A stretch of DNA of 64,000 nt from an uncultured Bacteroidales bacterium (GCA_964492185.1 CAZBJH010000003.1:36-64035), one strand, 5' to 3'. Positions 48,905 through 58,391 are shown, numbered from the stretch's first letter. Numbers and translations: made by a program. Notes: generated by a model not told the origin, from the sequence alone.

Positions 48905-50485
48905 TTAATCCTTGTTAACAATGGATACATCCTTATTCTCATTTAAATCAACCTTTATTCCGTTTATCCTGTACTCCTTATCATCCTTATAGCTTATTGT
49001 AACGATCAGGTTACCCTCCCTGTCATATTTTTTCCAGTGCTTCTCCTTATTTCCTGCTATATAATATCTTTCTTCCTTCAGTATACCGTTATCATAATAA
49101 TACCGGTGTTTACCATCCGCGTTTCCCTGAATATACGAACCTTCAAATTTCAATGTTCCGTCATCATACAATTGTATCCATTTACCGTCTTTTAGTCCTG
49201 TAACATAACTTCCCTTTTCCTCATAATCATTAATTCTGTATATCCATTCCCCTTCTTTTTCCCCGTCAAAGTATTCTCCTTCAGTAATAATACAACCATC
49301 GGTATTATATTCAGTAAACAAACCTTCCTCACGACCGTTATAAAAATTTTCTTCTCTCGCAACCGTACCATCAGAGTAGTACCAAGTCCATTTTCCATTA
49401 TACTTACCATCTTTAAATTCTCCGGTTTGTTCTACCTGTCCGTTCTCAAAATAAAATTTCCATTTTCCTTCTCTTTTGTTGTTTTTATATTTTCCTTCAG
49501 CTTTTATATTCCCGCTTAAATAAAAATCTTTCCATTCCCCTTCCCTTGAACCTTCTTTTGTAATTATTCCTCTTGATAATAATACCCCGTTATTACTAAA
49601 TATCATTGAATTTTTAACTTCACCGTCGCTATTGTATTCCCTGTGAATACCGACTTTATTATTACCATTCCTGAAGCTTCCGCTGTATATTACATTCCCT
49701 TTTTCATCATATTCATTAATTATCTCAACATGCTCTTCTTCAATGTTTTCCTCTTCAATCAATTTTCCTTCCTGATAACGTAAACTTACAATTAACTGAC
49801 CACTCTTATCAAATTCTTTATAATACCCGTTCAATAATCCGTCAATATATGGTTTCTCATTTTTCACCCTGCCATTACTGTAAAATTCTTTCCACACCCC
49901 GTGTTTTTCTCCTTTTTCATTATATCTGTTTATCTTTTCTCTTTCTACAAGCACACCTTTCCTATATTGTTTCTTTGTTATTATCCTCCCGTCTTTATCA
50001 TATTCTATTGACTCACCATTCTTTTTATTATTACTGTACTCAATGATTTCTTTAAGCTTTCCGTTTTCATAATAATAATAAGATAATCCTTCAAGCTTAT
50101 CATTAACATACAATTCTTTTGCTTCTATTCCTGCAATTTTCCCGGTTCTTTCTTTTCCAGGATAATATGAATATATAAAACCATTCTTTTTACCCAAAAC
50201 AAAATTTATCTTCTTTGTAGTGTCTCCCAAATTATCATAGAATATCCATTCACCATCAAGCAAAAAATTTTTTCTGTTACCCTCACTTTTCAATACACCA
50301 GTATTATAATATGTCTTCCAGTAACCATCAGGCTTTCCGTTTTTCATTATACCTTCACTTGAAATTTTTCCGTTCGAATAATGAAAAGTCACGTACCCGT
50401 TCCTTTCAACTTCTTCATTATTCACCTGGCAAAACAAAACCCCGGTTAATAAGCTGAAAACCGTTATCATAAATATTCTATACAT
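48905..50485 (-). CDS. Secreted MORN-variant (YwqK-like) repeat protein
   Basis: 526-aa ORF with a signal peptide. More than 15 tandem repeats of about 23 aa follow the pattern G.W..YY.NG.LK.EG.Y.NGK..G. Confidence 0.7.
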   Translation of the reverse strand: MYRIFMITVFSLLTGVLFCQVNNEEVERNGYVTFHYSNGKISSEGIMKNGKPDGYWKTYYNTGVLKSEGNRKNFLLDGEWIFYDNLGDTTKKINFVLGKKNGFIYSYYPGKERTGKIAGIEAKELYVNDKLEGLSYYYYENGKLKEIIEYSNNKKNGESIEYDKDGRIITKKQYRKGVLVEREKINRYNEKGEKHGVWKEFYSNGRVKNEKPYIDGLLNGYYKEFDKSGQLIVSLRYQEGKLIEEENIEEEHVEIINEYDEKGNVIYSGSFRNGNNKVGIHREYNSDGEVKNSMIFSNNGVLLSRGIITKEGSREGEWKDFYLSGNIKAEGKYKNNKREGKWKFYFENGQVEQTGEFKDGKYNGKWTWYYSDGTVAREENFYNGREEGLFTEYNTDGCIITEGEYFDGEKEGEWIYRINDYEEKGSYVTGLKDGKWIQLYDDGTLKFEGSYIQGNADGKHRYYYDNGILKEERYYIAGNKEKHWKKYDREGNLIVTISYKDDKEYRINGIKVDLNENKDVSIVNKD

Positions 50486-50545
50486 ATTTTACTTATTACA
50501 CAAATATATACAATTCTGTCCGTACACACTTTACCACATATTATT

Positions 50546-50669
50546 TAGTGTTTATTCATAATGTTCGGAATCAAAGCGCGTAAACATTTTAAATCGCAGA
50601 ATACTAAAGTATTTGAAGATTTAAAATTTGAACAGCAACGCAGATATCGGACATTATGGACTGATACCA
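50546..50669 (+). repeat. Hairpin-repeat family B, single copy lacking the head
   Basis: TAGTGTTTATTCATAATGTTCGGAATCAAAGCGCG...CAGATATCGGACATTATGGACTGATACCA has the same architecture as array unit 1. It lies between the nadA stop and the MORN-protein start. Confidence 0.8.
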
Positions 50670-50681
50670 GTTAAAATGTTA

Positions 50682-51689
50682 TCACGCCTTAACCATATCT
50701 GATATCTCTAGCATTCTTTTTATAGGCTTCTCAGCTTTTATCCTTAATTCTTCTTTCAGAATGATTTCCGGATGTTCATATTTTAAACATGTATATATCT
50801 TTTTAATATTGTTTAATTTCATAAAATTACAGTCATTACACCCACAGCTAGAATCTAAAGGCGGTGCCGGAATAAATAATTTACCAGGATTATTTTTTAT
50901 CATTTGATTTATAATACCTGATTCTGTAGCCACGATATATTTTTTTCCTTTATCATTTTTTGTATAATTCAATAACGAAGATGTTGAACCGATATGATCC
51001 GCTATGATCAAAACAGGCTTTTTACATTCAGGATGCGCGATAATTTTTGCATCCGGATGCTCTTTTTTTAACTCAATAATTTTTTCTACAGAAAATTCTT
51101 CATGTACATGACATGCACCGTCCCATATAATCATATTTCTTCCTGAAACACTCTGAATATAATTGCCAAGATTCCTGTCCGGCGCAAATATTATATTTTC
51201 ATTTTCCGGCAGGCTTTCAATTATCTGAATAGCATTGGAAGAGGTACAAACTATATCTGTAAGTGCTTTTATATCAGCTGTAGTATTTACATAACTTATT
51301 ACTGTATGATTCGGATATTTTTCAACAAATTTTTTAAATTTCTCCGCTGGACATGAATCAGCCAAAGAACAACCCGCATTCATATCAGGTATGAGGACCT
51401 TTTTTCGCGGAGACAGTATTTTGGCTGTTTCCGCCATAAAATGAACACCGGCAAAAACTATCATATCTGCATCAGTACATGCTGCCTGTCTGGATAAAGC
51501 CAAACTGTCACCTACAAAATCTGCTATATCCTGAATTTCTCCTTCCTGGTAAAAATGCGCCAAAATAATTGCATTCTTTTCTTTTCTCAATTCATTTATC
51601 TCCTTAATTATATCTGTATTTTTATCAATATTAATGTTAAGATATCCGAATTTCAATAAATCAGCTTTATCAACAATTTCTTTCTCCAT
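50682..51689 (-). CDS. nadA: Quinolinate synthase A
   Basis: 335-aa ORF with NadA conservation (ILAHFYQ, VHFMAETAKIL, CSLADSCP, AHPEC). The three Fe-S ligand cysteine regions are present. Confidence 0.9.
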   Translation of the reverse strand: MEKEIVDKADLLKFGYLNINIDKNTDIIKEINELRKEKNAIILAHFYQEGEIQDIADFVGDSLALSRQAACTDADMIVFAGVHFMAETAKILSPRKKVLIPDMNAGCSLADSCPAEKFKKFVEKYPNHTVISYVNTTADIKALTDIVCTSSNAIQIIESLPENENIIFAPDRNLGNYIQSVSGRNMIIWDGACHVHEEFSVEKIIELKKEHPDAKIIAHPECKKPVLIIADHIGSTSSLLNYTKNDKGKKYIVATESGIINQMIKNNPGKLFIPAPPLDSSCGCNDCNFMKLNNIKKIYTCLKYEHPEIILKEELRIKAEKPIKRMLEISDMVKA

Positions 51690-52055
51690 AATAATATTTA
51701 ATGATTTTTATAAAACTAATATATGATATTATTGTCCTGTTAATACTGTTAATACTTTTGCAGAATAAAAATTGATATTCCCGTTATTAAGAAAAAATCA
51801 CCAGCTTATGAACATGAAGTATGAAATTTTTCATATTGAATACCATTTATATATAAACAAAATTAACATATTGTTAATTGCCTTCAGTGTGAAAAACAAA
51901 AACAATTTTTTAGGGTGTATTTGTGTGAATAAACTGTTTAATAATAAACATTACAGATTAAAAAATTTTTTTCATTTATAAAAAAATTTTTATAAGCAGG
52001 GGCTTTTATAAAAAGTCAAGAGTTTTATATAAAAAAGTTTTGCATATCAATTAAC

Positions 52056-52086
52056 AACAAATCAACATTGCAAATGTTGATTTGTT
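52056..52086. other. Perfect 14-bp-stem AT-rich hairpin
   Basis: AACAAATCAACATT-GCA-AATGTTGATTTGTT. It lies in the nadA/rpiB divergent intergenic region and is not downstream of any gene. Confidence 0.5.
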
Positions 52087-52102
52087 AAATATACATGAAT
52101 TG

Positions 52103-52138
52103 GATTTTGTCAATAAACTCTTAGTCCGGTGAAGCCGG
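52103..52138 (+). repeat. Head module of the hairpin-repeat family followed by a short GC hairpin
   Basis: GATTTTGTCAATAAACTCTTAGT matches the array heads. It is followed by CCGGTGAAGCCGG (52126-52138). A second GCCGTCAATAAA occurs at 52169-52180, comparable to 19216-19227. Confidence 0.65.
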
Positions 52139-52232
52139 TAATGCAAGTTATAAGCCGCGTAAAGAAATGCCGTCAATAAAATTTATTTATATTTGCAGCT
52201 GGTTGAAATATTTTTCTAAAAAATAACATATT

Positions 52233-52664
52233 ATGCGTATAGCAATAGCAAGTGATCATGCAGGATATAATTTAAAACAGAAATTGATACGTCATTTGAA
52301 AGAAAAGCATCTGGAAATAAAAGATTTCGGTTCATTTTCAGAAGATGCAGTTGATTATCCCGAGTATGCCCACCCTTTGGCAGAAGCCATTGCAAATGGC
52401 GAATATGAAATGGGTATCTCTCTTTGCGGGAGCGGAAACGGTATTAGCATGACGGCTAATAAACACCCTGAAATAAGATCAGCTATTTGCTGGGAAATTG
52501 AAATTGCCGAGCTGGCAAGAGGGCATAATGATGCAAATATTTGTGCTTTGCCCGCGCGTTTTCTTAGTGATGAGCTTGCTTTTAAAATCGTTGACAAATT
52601 TCTAAACACATCATTTGACGGTGGACGTCATCTTAAGCGGATTAACAAGATACCGATAAAATGA
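52233..52664 (+). CDS. rpiB: Ribose-5-phosphate isomerase B
   Basis: 143-aa ORF with RpiB/LacAB motifs IAIASDHAGY and CGSGNGISMTANK. Confidence 0.9.
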   Translation: MRIAIASDHAGYNLKQKLIRHLKEKHLEIKDFGSFSEDAVDYPEYAHPLAEAIANGEYEMGISLCGSGNGISMTANKHPEIRSAICWEIEIAELARGHNDANICALPARFLSDELAFKIVDKFLNTSFDGGRHLKRINKIPIK

Positions 52665-52670
52665 TGTTAA

Positions 52671-53105
52671 ATGCTTAGTAAAACCTGCAAATATGCTGTT
52701 CGTGCTGCAATATACCTTACGGTGAATTCAGGTGACAAGAAAAAAACCGGGATTAAAGTTATCGCGAAAGAACTGGATATTCCTTCTCCATTTCTCGGGA
52801 AGATCTTACAAACACTTGTAAAGTATAAAATATTATCTTCTGCAAAAGGCCCATACGGGGGGTTCGGACTGGCAAAAAATGCTGATGATATTACATTATA
52901 TGATATTGTTGTAGCAATTGACGGCACTGATTTGTTTCGTCAGTGCCTGATATCAACACGAACATGCTTTGAGAACAGAAAACAATGTGCTTTGCATTCA
53001 CGATATAAAAAAATAAGTAGAGAGATCAGGCATTTATTTAAAAGCTATTCCTTACAGGATCTGGCAACAGAAATTAAGAATGATGAGAAAATGTTTTACT
53101 TATAG
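52671..53105 (+). CDS. Rrf2-family transcriptional regulator
   Basis: 144-aa ORF with the Rrf2 N-terminal wHTH (MLSKTCKYAVRAAIYL ... IAKELDIPSPFLGKILQTL). Cysteines are spaced CLISTRTC...C in the C-terminal half. Confidence 0.85.
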   Translation: MLSKTCKYAVRAAIYLTVNSGDKKKTGIKVIAKELDIPSPFLGKILQTLVKYKILSSAKGPYGGFGLAKNADDITLYDIVVAIDGTDLFRQCLISTRTCFENRKQCALHSRYKKISREIRHLFKSYSLQDLATEIKNDEKMFYL

Positions 53106-53467
53106 TGTAATAGTGAAATAATCATACCGAATAACATCCCTCCCGAATTGGCAAGTCCATCCGTGATGCTTCCCTGTCTTCCGGATACAAAAAAAAGTTG
53201 CATTAATTCGGTAAAAATACTCATTATCACAACAATGAGTGCAATAGATAAAACAACAGGGAAGGAATATAATGACAGGTTCGTATGATGTGCGAGATCA
53301 TAGATAATCATAGAAGTAAGAACCGCATACATTAAGAAATGGATTACCTTATCGGCATAATAGAAACTGAGTAATTCTATCTTTATTTCCTGGTTTCCCG
53401 GCACAAGGCTGACAATAATTATAAAAACGGCAATACCGGCGGACTTCCAAAATTTTAAAATATACAT
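53096..53467 (-). CDS. VanZ-like membrane protein
   Basis: 123-aa ORF with 4 TM segments. VanZ motifs are DKVIHFLMY and ELMQLFFVSGRQGSITDGLANSGG. Confidence 0.7.
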   Translation of the reverse strand: MYILKFWKSAGIAVFIIIVSLVPGNQEIKIELLSFYYADKVIHFLMYAVLTSMIIYDLAHHTNLSLYSFPVVLSIALIVVIMSIFTELMQLFFVSGRQGSITDGLANSGGMLFGMIISLLHYK

Positions 53468-53655
53468 TGATTTTTATTTTCAGGGTTTGTTTTATTGTTT
53501 ATCACATAATTTTTTCTATTTGTCCGGGTGTATTTTCCTTTGATTTCAGGGTAAAAATAATCTAAAATGCCTGATCAGTATAAAATAGCTTCAATAATTG
53601 AACTGAAATCCTTAAATTACTTCTTTTTTGGCGTTAATATCAAATTTGTTTTTAT

Positions 53656-56600
53656 ATGCAAAACAGAATGTCAGTAAATGAGATGATGGGTATCTTGAGA
53701 AATGAAAAAGTGGACACTTGGTTTGATCTGGGTATCTACATTGACCGTTTCCGAGAAAACAACCCCATGCCGGTACTATCATTTTCAGGCACTGAAAAGG
53801 AATTTGAACATAATTTACAGCAGGGAGGCATTGCTTTTATTACATTTTCATATTCAATTGATGGAGTAACCATTGAGGTCGAGAAATATGCCAAGACATT
53901 TTATAGCCGTTTTAGGGGGATCACCATTCATTATGTTGCAGGCAAGATATATCCCGAATCACATAAATTGATAGATGATGAAACACGGACATATGAAATT
54001 CCCGAAATCGCGGGCTTTGATAATTGGCCTCTTTATAAAGAGTTTTTCTTTACAAGGCTCGAGAGAGGTAGCACACAATACAATGAATTGATAAGGAAAT
54101 TCTGGGATGAAATTCTGTTGATCAGCGAAAAGCTGGGAAATTATGTTGAACAAAATAATATCAGGCTTTTATATGTGATCAATGCATTATCCAACCCGGG
54201 AAATGTATCTCTTGCTGTTGCATTGGTTTTTGTGTCGGAATTTTTAGGCATACCTGTCATTAACAATAATCATGATTTTTATTGGGAAGGAGGGAACCGG
54301 AAAATCGATATTAAAGAAAAAGGATTAAAGCATGGCCCCAGGGATGTTTTCTTCACAAATGATCATTTGGGAGAGGTGTTCTCAATTATTGAAGTTTTTT
54401 TTCCGTGGGAATCAAGAACCTGGATCAATGTGAACATTAATAAGGAACAATCTAAACATTTGATAAGTATCAATGGACATAACCCTGCCAATGTAACTGA
54501 AATCGGCACGAGTGTTGATACCAGCGAATATGTAAATATCAGTAAACGCGGGAAAATCAATGCTTTTTATCAGTTTGAAAAGATACTTGCCCGTTATCGG
54601 GAAACACTTGTAGGCTACTCGGTAAATGATGTATTACGAAATAACCTGGTAAACAAAGATAATCCCCGTCCGATTTTAACAGGTACTAAAACGAGGACGA
54701 TAAAAAATTTTATGAATGAAAATATTATTTTTTTACAACCCACGCGCATTATTCAAAGAAAAAGGATAGAACTTGGATTTAAGCTTATCAGGCGCATGTT
54801 CAAAAACAAGCATTTTATAAAAAGATTAAAAAGCACACCAAATCTCAAGCTTACACTTATTGTTACAGGCCCTATAGCGCTTGGCCAGTTTGATTATTTT
54901 AAGAAATTGATCAAAAGGTTTTCTCAACTTCTTGATATTCTTGACGGGCAATTAAGGGACAGGGTATACATGGCTTTTCTCTTCAGTGAGCTTGACAGGG
55001 AATCCTTTAAGGAAAGATTTAAAGATCCGGTAGGTATCCCGGAATTATATAATATCGCATCACTTGTATTATTGCCCAGCAAGACCGAGGGAAGGGGGCT
55101 TCCCATAATTGAAGCATCAGCATGCGGCACACCGATCTTCTGCCGCCGCTATTATCCTGAAAAGGTATATTCAGAGGTTATTGGTGAGCACTTGCCTGAT
55201 GGTGACCGTTTAAAAGTAATTGAATTTGACGGTAAAAAAATCACATCAAAACATACCTCTGAGATTATTGATCATGTTATGTTCCCTCACCGGTTCACTG
55301 ATGAAATTATTCATAATAAATTGGCTGTTGAAAAACGGTTTAGTCTTGATACACTTCGAATATGCATAGATGACATTTGTCACCGTATCTGGCTTCAGCT
55401 TCATAAGAATGACGGTATAATGAGAATAGTGAAGCAGGCGACAGATGAATACAGTGAAATGATAAGTTTTTCAAACAGTGATACAAGTGCCATTCTGAAA
55501 ACAGGGAACCGGCAGTATCTGCCGGGATTCGGGAGACTGGCATTTATGACTAATCTGAAATCACTGATCGATCCGAGTGCTTTCAGGATGGAAGAGCAAA
55601 TGATGAAGGGATTTATTTTCCATTTTGCACTGCAACTGGTAAAAGACAATGATTTTTTTGCAAAAAAATCATACAAGGATATCAACAGGTTTTTTAATGC
55701 AGTACATTCAATATTTCATTATAAAAAGGGAGAGGTCAAAATACGCCATGATCATTCCTTTGCTTACAGGCACAGAAATAATAACTTTTATCCTTATCAG
55801 GAATTTACCCTGCAGGAACTGACCGGACTGGTAAATTTGTTGTTTTATAAAATTCTGGAACCGGATGTCATTCATACGATAGATGAGATATCGCATTTTT
55901 TCACCGATTGGAACCTTGCGCTTGCACAGCTTACTTCAAGTGCATTGTTAGCTATTGATGACAGAAAAGAGTTAATTACAAAAATGCAGGCAAATATCCC
56001 CATTGGGGTTTTTCCCGGTGATTACTCTAAATATGTACTCGAGTTTTTTGCACTTCAGGCGGTAAGGTCAAGATTAAACTTAAAGATAGAGACAGAGCTG
56101 ACAAATGAAATTTTAAAAAGATCTGATCATAGTCCCGCTCCGGTATATGTTTTTGCACCAAACAGGGCAATAGGAAAATGGCCGGATAAGAAAAGTATTA
56201 TTGATTATATATTAAATGGAAATGAAAAGGAGTTGAGATTGTTATATAACAATGGTATTTTAAAAGTGGTTGAATCCAACCAACTTTGTGTCGGATTGCA
56301 TTTCCCGCAAATGGGAGAGGAGGCTCTCAGGGCATTGGCGGATATTCATAAGCATAATGGATTTATTATTTCCAACAGGGATTTCGCGGGTGACATGTCT
56401 GACATAGCCGATATTGATCGTTTTCATATCGGTAAAGCCACACATCCCATGACAGCTGCTATGCTTGGCATTCCCGGGGACAGTGGGTATATTCAATATG
56501 TTCCTGCAGGTATTCGGCCAACAATAGCTTATCCCGTGCCGGTGCAGAGAGCTAATGATTTTAGTTCTGCCCTGAAAGGGAAATTGTTTGCCGGTCTGTC

Positions 56601-57828
56601 CGAAAAGCTTGGCAGGGGAAATTTATTGAACATAATTAAGAAAGAATCGGAAGAAAAAGGATCTCCTGTTGATTTTATTCTGGAAAATCTTACTAATAAC
56701 AAAAAGAACAGGGATAAAGATGTTTTTTATGATCATGTCAGTGGTATTTATCCGGATGGCCTTCCCTGGAATGGAGTATATGCCAAAGTGAACAGCGGAA
56801 GTGAAAAATGGATCTTTAAAACACTGATCTCGGAAAAAACAAAGAAAGTGACTGCCTTTGTATCCGATTATGCACTTAAGAACAAGATCAAACCACAAAT
56901 TGCATGGAACGGGGGATATATTTTAAATCCCGAACTGGTGGGTAAGCTGGGCTTGCCTGAATCATATATCGGCTCACCCCTGGGTTTGGTGGTAAATGAG
57001 GGAGAAGTAAAGTGTCCTCCACTGTTCAATAAGCCGGCTTTATTTGTTGACAAAAACGGGATCCCTGATATTGGACGTAACAATTGTTCGCGGGGACTGA
57101 CAATAAGCGGCGGAGATTCGGTAATTAAGCTTACCGGTGAACAGTATAATACAATAGATACCCTTGGCATACCCGTGTATTATGATCTTTTATTCAAGCA
57201 GGGAATGATCGATGCACGGGACAGGGTGATCGTCAGGCTTGCGGGTAATATGATAAAAGAGGTTATTCATCCTGGCAAACATAAGATAGTAAAGCTAATA
57301 CCTGTTGGTTTAACCTTATCCTTTCCCGAAAAAAGTTTCCCCGGTGATTTCAATAAACAGGGAAGGAGTGTTAAAATTGAAATTCATGGAGCAAGGCAGT
57401 GTCAGCATGCCGTTGAAGCGGGCCCTTTACTGGTATATAATGGAAAAGTATCAATAGATATGGAAACAGAGGGGTGGAAACATGAGAATTCAATAAAGAC
57501 ACAGGCGGCCCGCCTTGATTATACCGATATGCGGGGTCCGAAGATCGCAGCTGGTATTGATGCGGAAGGTAATTTACTGGTATTGGTAATAAACGGCAGG
57601 ATCCGGGAATCGGTAGGGGCCACACACGCCGATATGGCAGAAATCATGCTGAAGCTTGGTGCGGAAAAGGCAATGGGTTTTGATCCCGGGGGAAGCAGTA
57701 CCCTGGTTGTAAATGGAAAAACGCTGAATATTTCTCCGTACAACAGAAATTATGAAAAAAACATTTATTCGATGCCACCTGAACCCAGGGCTGTTTCAAA
57801 CGCGGTAATAGGGTACAGGCTCGAATAA
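53656..57828 (+). CDS. 1390-aa multidomain protein: GT4-type glycosyltransferase region, ~500-aa unassigned region, C-terminal phosphodiester glycosidase (NAGPA/DUF2233-like) domain
   Basis: The GT-B C-terminal signature is LVLLPSKTEGRGLPIIEASACGTPIF (aa ~470-495). The C-terminal ~300 aa match phosphodiester-glycosidase hallmarks (WNGGYILNPE...GLVVNEGEV, AVEAGPLLVYNGKV, PKIAAGIDAEGNLLVLVINGR, MGFDPGGSSTLVVNGK, PRAVSNAVIGY). No signal peptide or TM segment is seen at the N-terminus. Confidence 0.6.
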   Translation: MQNRMSVNEMMGILRNEKVDTWFDLGIYIDRFRENNPMPVLSFSGTEKEFEHNLQQGGIAFITFSYSIDGVTIEVEKYAKTFYSRFRGITIHYVAGKIYPESHKLIDDETRTYEIPEIAGFDNWPLYKEFFFTRLERGSTQYNELIRKFWDEILLISEKLGNYVEQNNIRLLYVINALSNPGNVSLAVALVFVSEFLGIPVINNNHDFYWEGGNRKIDIKEKGLKHGPRDVFFTNDHLGEVFSIIEVFFPWESRTWINVNINKEQSKHLISINGHNPANVTEIGTSVDTSEYVNISKRGKINAFYQFEKILARYRETLVGYSVNDVLRNNLVNKDNPRPILTGTKTRTIKNFMNENIIFLQPTRIIQRKRIELGFKLIRRMFKNKHFIKRLKSTPNLKLTLIVTGPIALGQFDYFKKLIKRFSQLLDILDGQLRDRVYMAFLFSELDRESFKERFKDPVGIPELYNIASLVLLPSKTEGRGLPIIEASACGTPIFCRRYYPEKVYSEVIGEHLPDGDRLKVIEFDGKKITSKHTSEIIDHVMFPHRFTDEIIHNKLAVEKRFSLDTLRICIDDICHRIWLQLHKNDGIMRIVKQATDEYSEMISFSNSDTSAILKTGNRQYLPGFGRLAFMTNLKSLIDPSAFRMEEQMMKGFIFHFALQLVKDNDFFAKKSYKDINRFFNAVHSIFHYKKGEVKIRHDHSFAYRHRNNNFYPYQEFTLQELTGLVNLLFYKILEPDVIHTIDEISHFFTDWNLALAQLTSSALLAIDDRKELITKMQANIPIGVFPGDYSKYVLEFFALQAVRSRLNLKIETELTNEILKRSDHSPAPVYVFAPNRAIGKWPDKKSIIDYILNGNEKELRLLYNNGILKVVESNQLCVGLHFPQMGEEALRALADIHKHNGFIISNRDFAGDMSDIADIDRFHIGKATHPMTAAMLGIPGDSGYIQYVPAGIRPTIAYPVPVQRANDFSSALKGKLFAGLSEKLGRGNLLNIIKKESEEKGSPVDFILENLTNNKKNRDKDVFYDHVSGIYPDGLPWNGVYAKVNSGSEKWIFKTLISEKTKKVTAFVSDYALKNKIKPQIAWNGGYILNPELVGKLGLPESYIGSPLGLVVNEGEVKCPPLFNKPALFVDKNGIPDIGRNNCSRGLTISGGDSVIKLTGEQYNTIDTLGIPVYYDLLFKQGMIDARDRVIVRLAGNMIKEVIHPGKHKIVKLIPVGLTLSFPEKSFPGDFNKQGRSVKIEIHGARQCQHAVEAGPLLVYNGKVSIDMETEGWKHENSIKTQAARLDYTDMRGPKIAAGIDAEGNLLVLVINGRIRESVGATHADMAEIMLKLGAEKAMGFDPGGSSTLVVNGKTLNISPYNRNYEKNIYSMPPEPRAVSNAVIGYRLE

Positions 57829-57837
57829 ATGTTTTTT

Positions 57838-58004
57838 AATAGAGTCTGTTTATAAAATAGTCAAAATGTTTAACCGGACATGTGTCTGTTCAGAAAGTCC
57901 ATTTGCAAGGCTCGCGCGGTCCGGAAACGCGGAGTTTACCAGTCGTAAATGAGCAATTTTCGGACAAGCGTAACGCGGCAAATGAGACTTTATGGACAGA
58001 CACT
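57838..58004 (+). repeat. Hairpin-repeat family C, complete copy
   Basis: It starts 10 nt after the stop of the 1390-aa gene and ends 7 nt before the stop of the convergent receiver gene. It is about 92% identical to the reverse complement of 19045-19212. Inner arms are GTCCGGAAA / TTTTCGGAC. Confidence 0.85.
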
Positions 58005-58010
58005 TAAAAA

Positions 58011-58391
58011 TCAATAGGAATATTCGATAGATAATGCTTTATCAAGAGATTCGGTATTTATTTCGTCTTTTATAATGTAGCTCCTGGCACCGGCCTCTAT
58101 CATCTGAACAATATATTTCATTTCTGAATGGAAAGAAACAGCAATAATGATAATATTCCTGAAAAGGCGGGTAGCTGTTTTTGTGGCTTCAATACCGTTC
58201 ATGTTAGGCATATTGATATCCATAAAAACAATATCATATAAATTGGCGCTTAATTCTTCAAGACATTGTAACCCGTCGGTTGCCACTTTTATTATTTCTA
58301 TTCTGTCCTGAAATGAATCGGAAAGCATAAATTCCAGTGCCTTTGCAAAATGTTGATTATCATCAACAATTAAAATTCTGTGTTTCTTCAT
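58011..58391 (-). CDS. Stand-alone response-regulator receiver domain protein (CheY-like)
   Basis: 126-aa ORF with ILIVDDN, the phospho-acceptor context IVFMDINMPNMNG, and the conserved residues AVSFH and K in YIIKD. Confidence 0.85.
   Translation of the reverse strand: MKKHRILIVDDNQHFAKALEFMLSDSFQDRIEIIKVATDGLQCLEELSANLYDIVFMDINMPNMNGIEATKTATRLFRNIIIIAVSFHSEMKYIVQMIEAGARSYIIKDEINTESLDKALSIEYSY

Noticed and set aside
24500-52200. Chimeric (mis-binned or mis-assembled) contig as the explanation for the GC shift
   Set aside because: The same idiosyncratic repeat family occurs in both the AT-rich and the GC-richer parts, which argues for a single genome. Repeats can also cause mis-joins, so the compositional shift is retained as a finding with a coverage/read-pair check.
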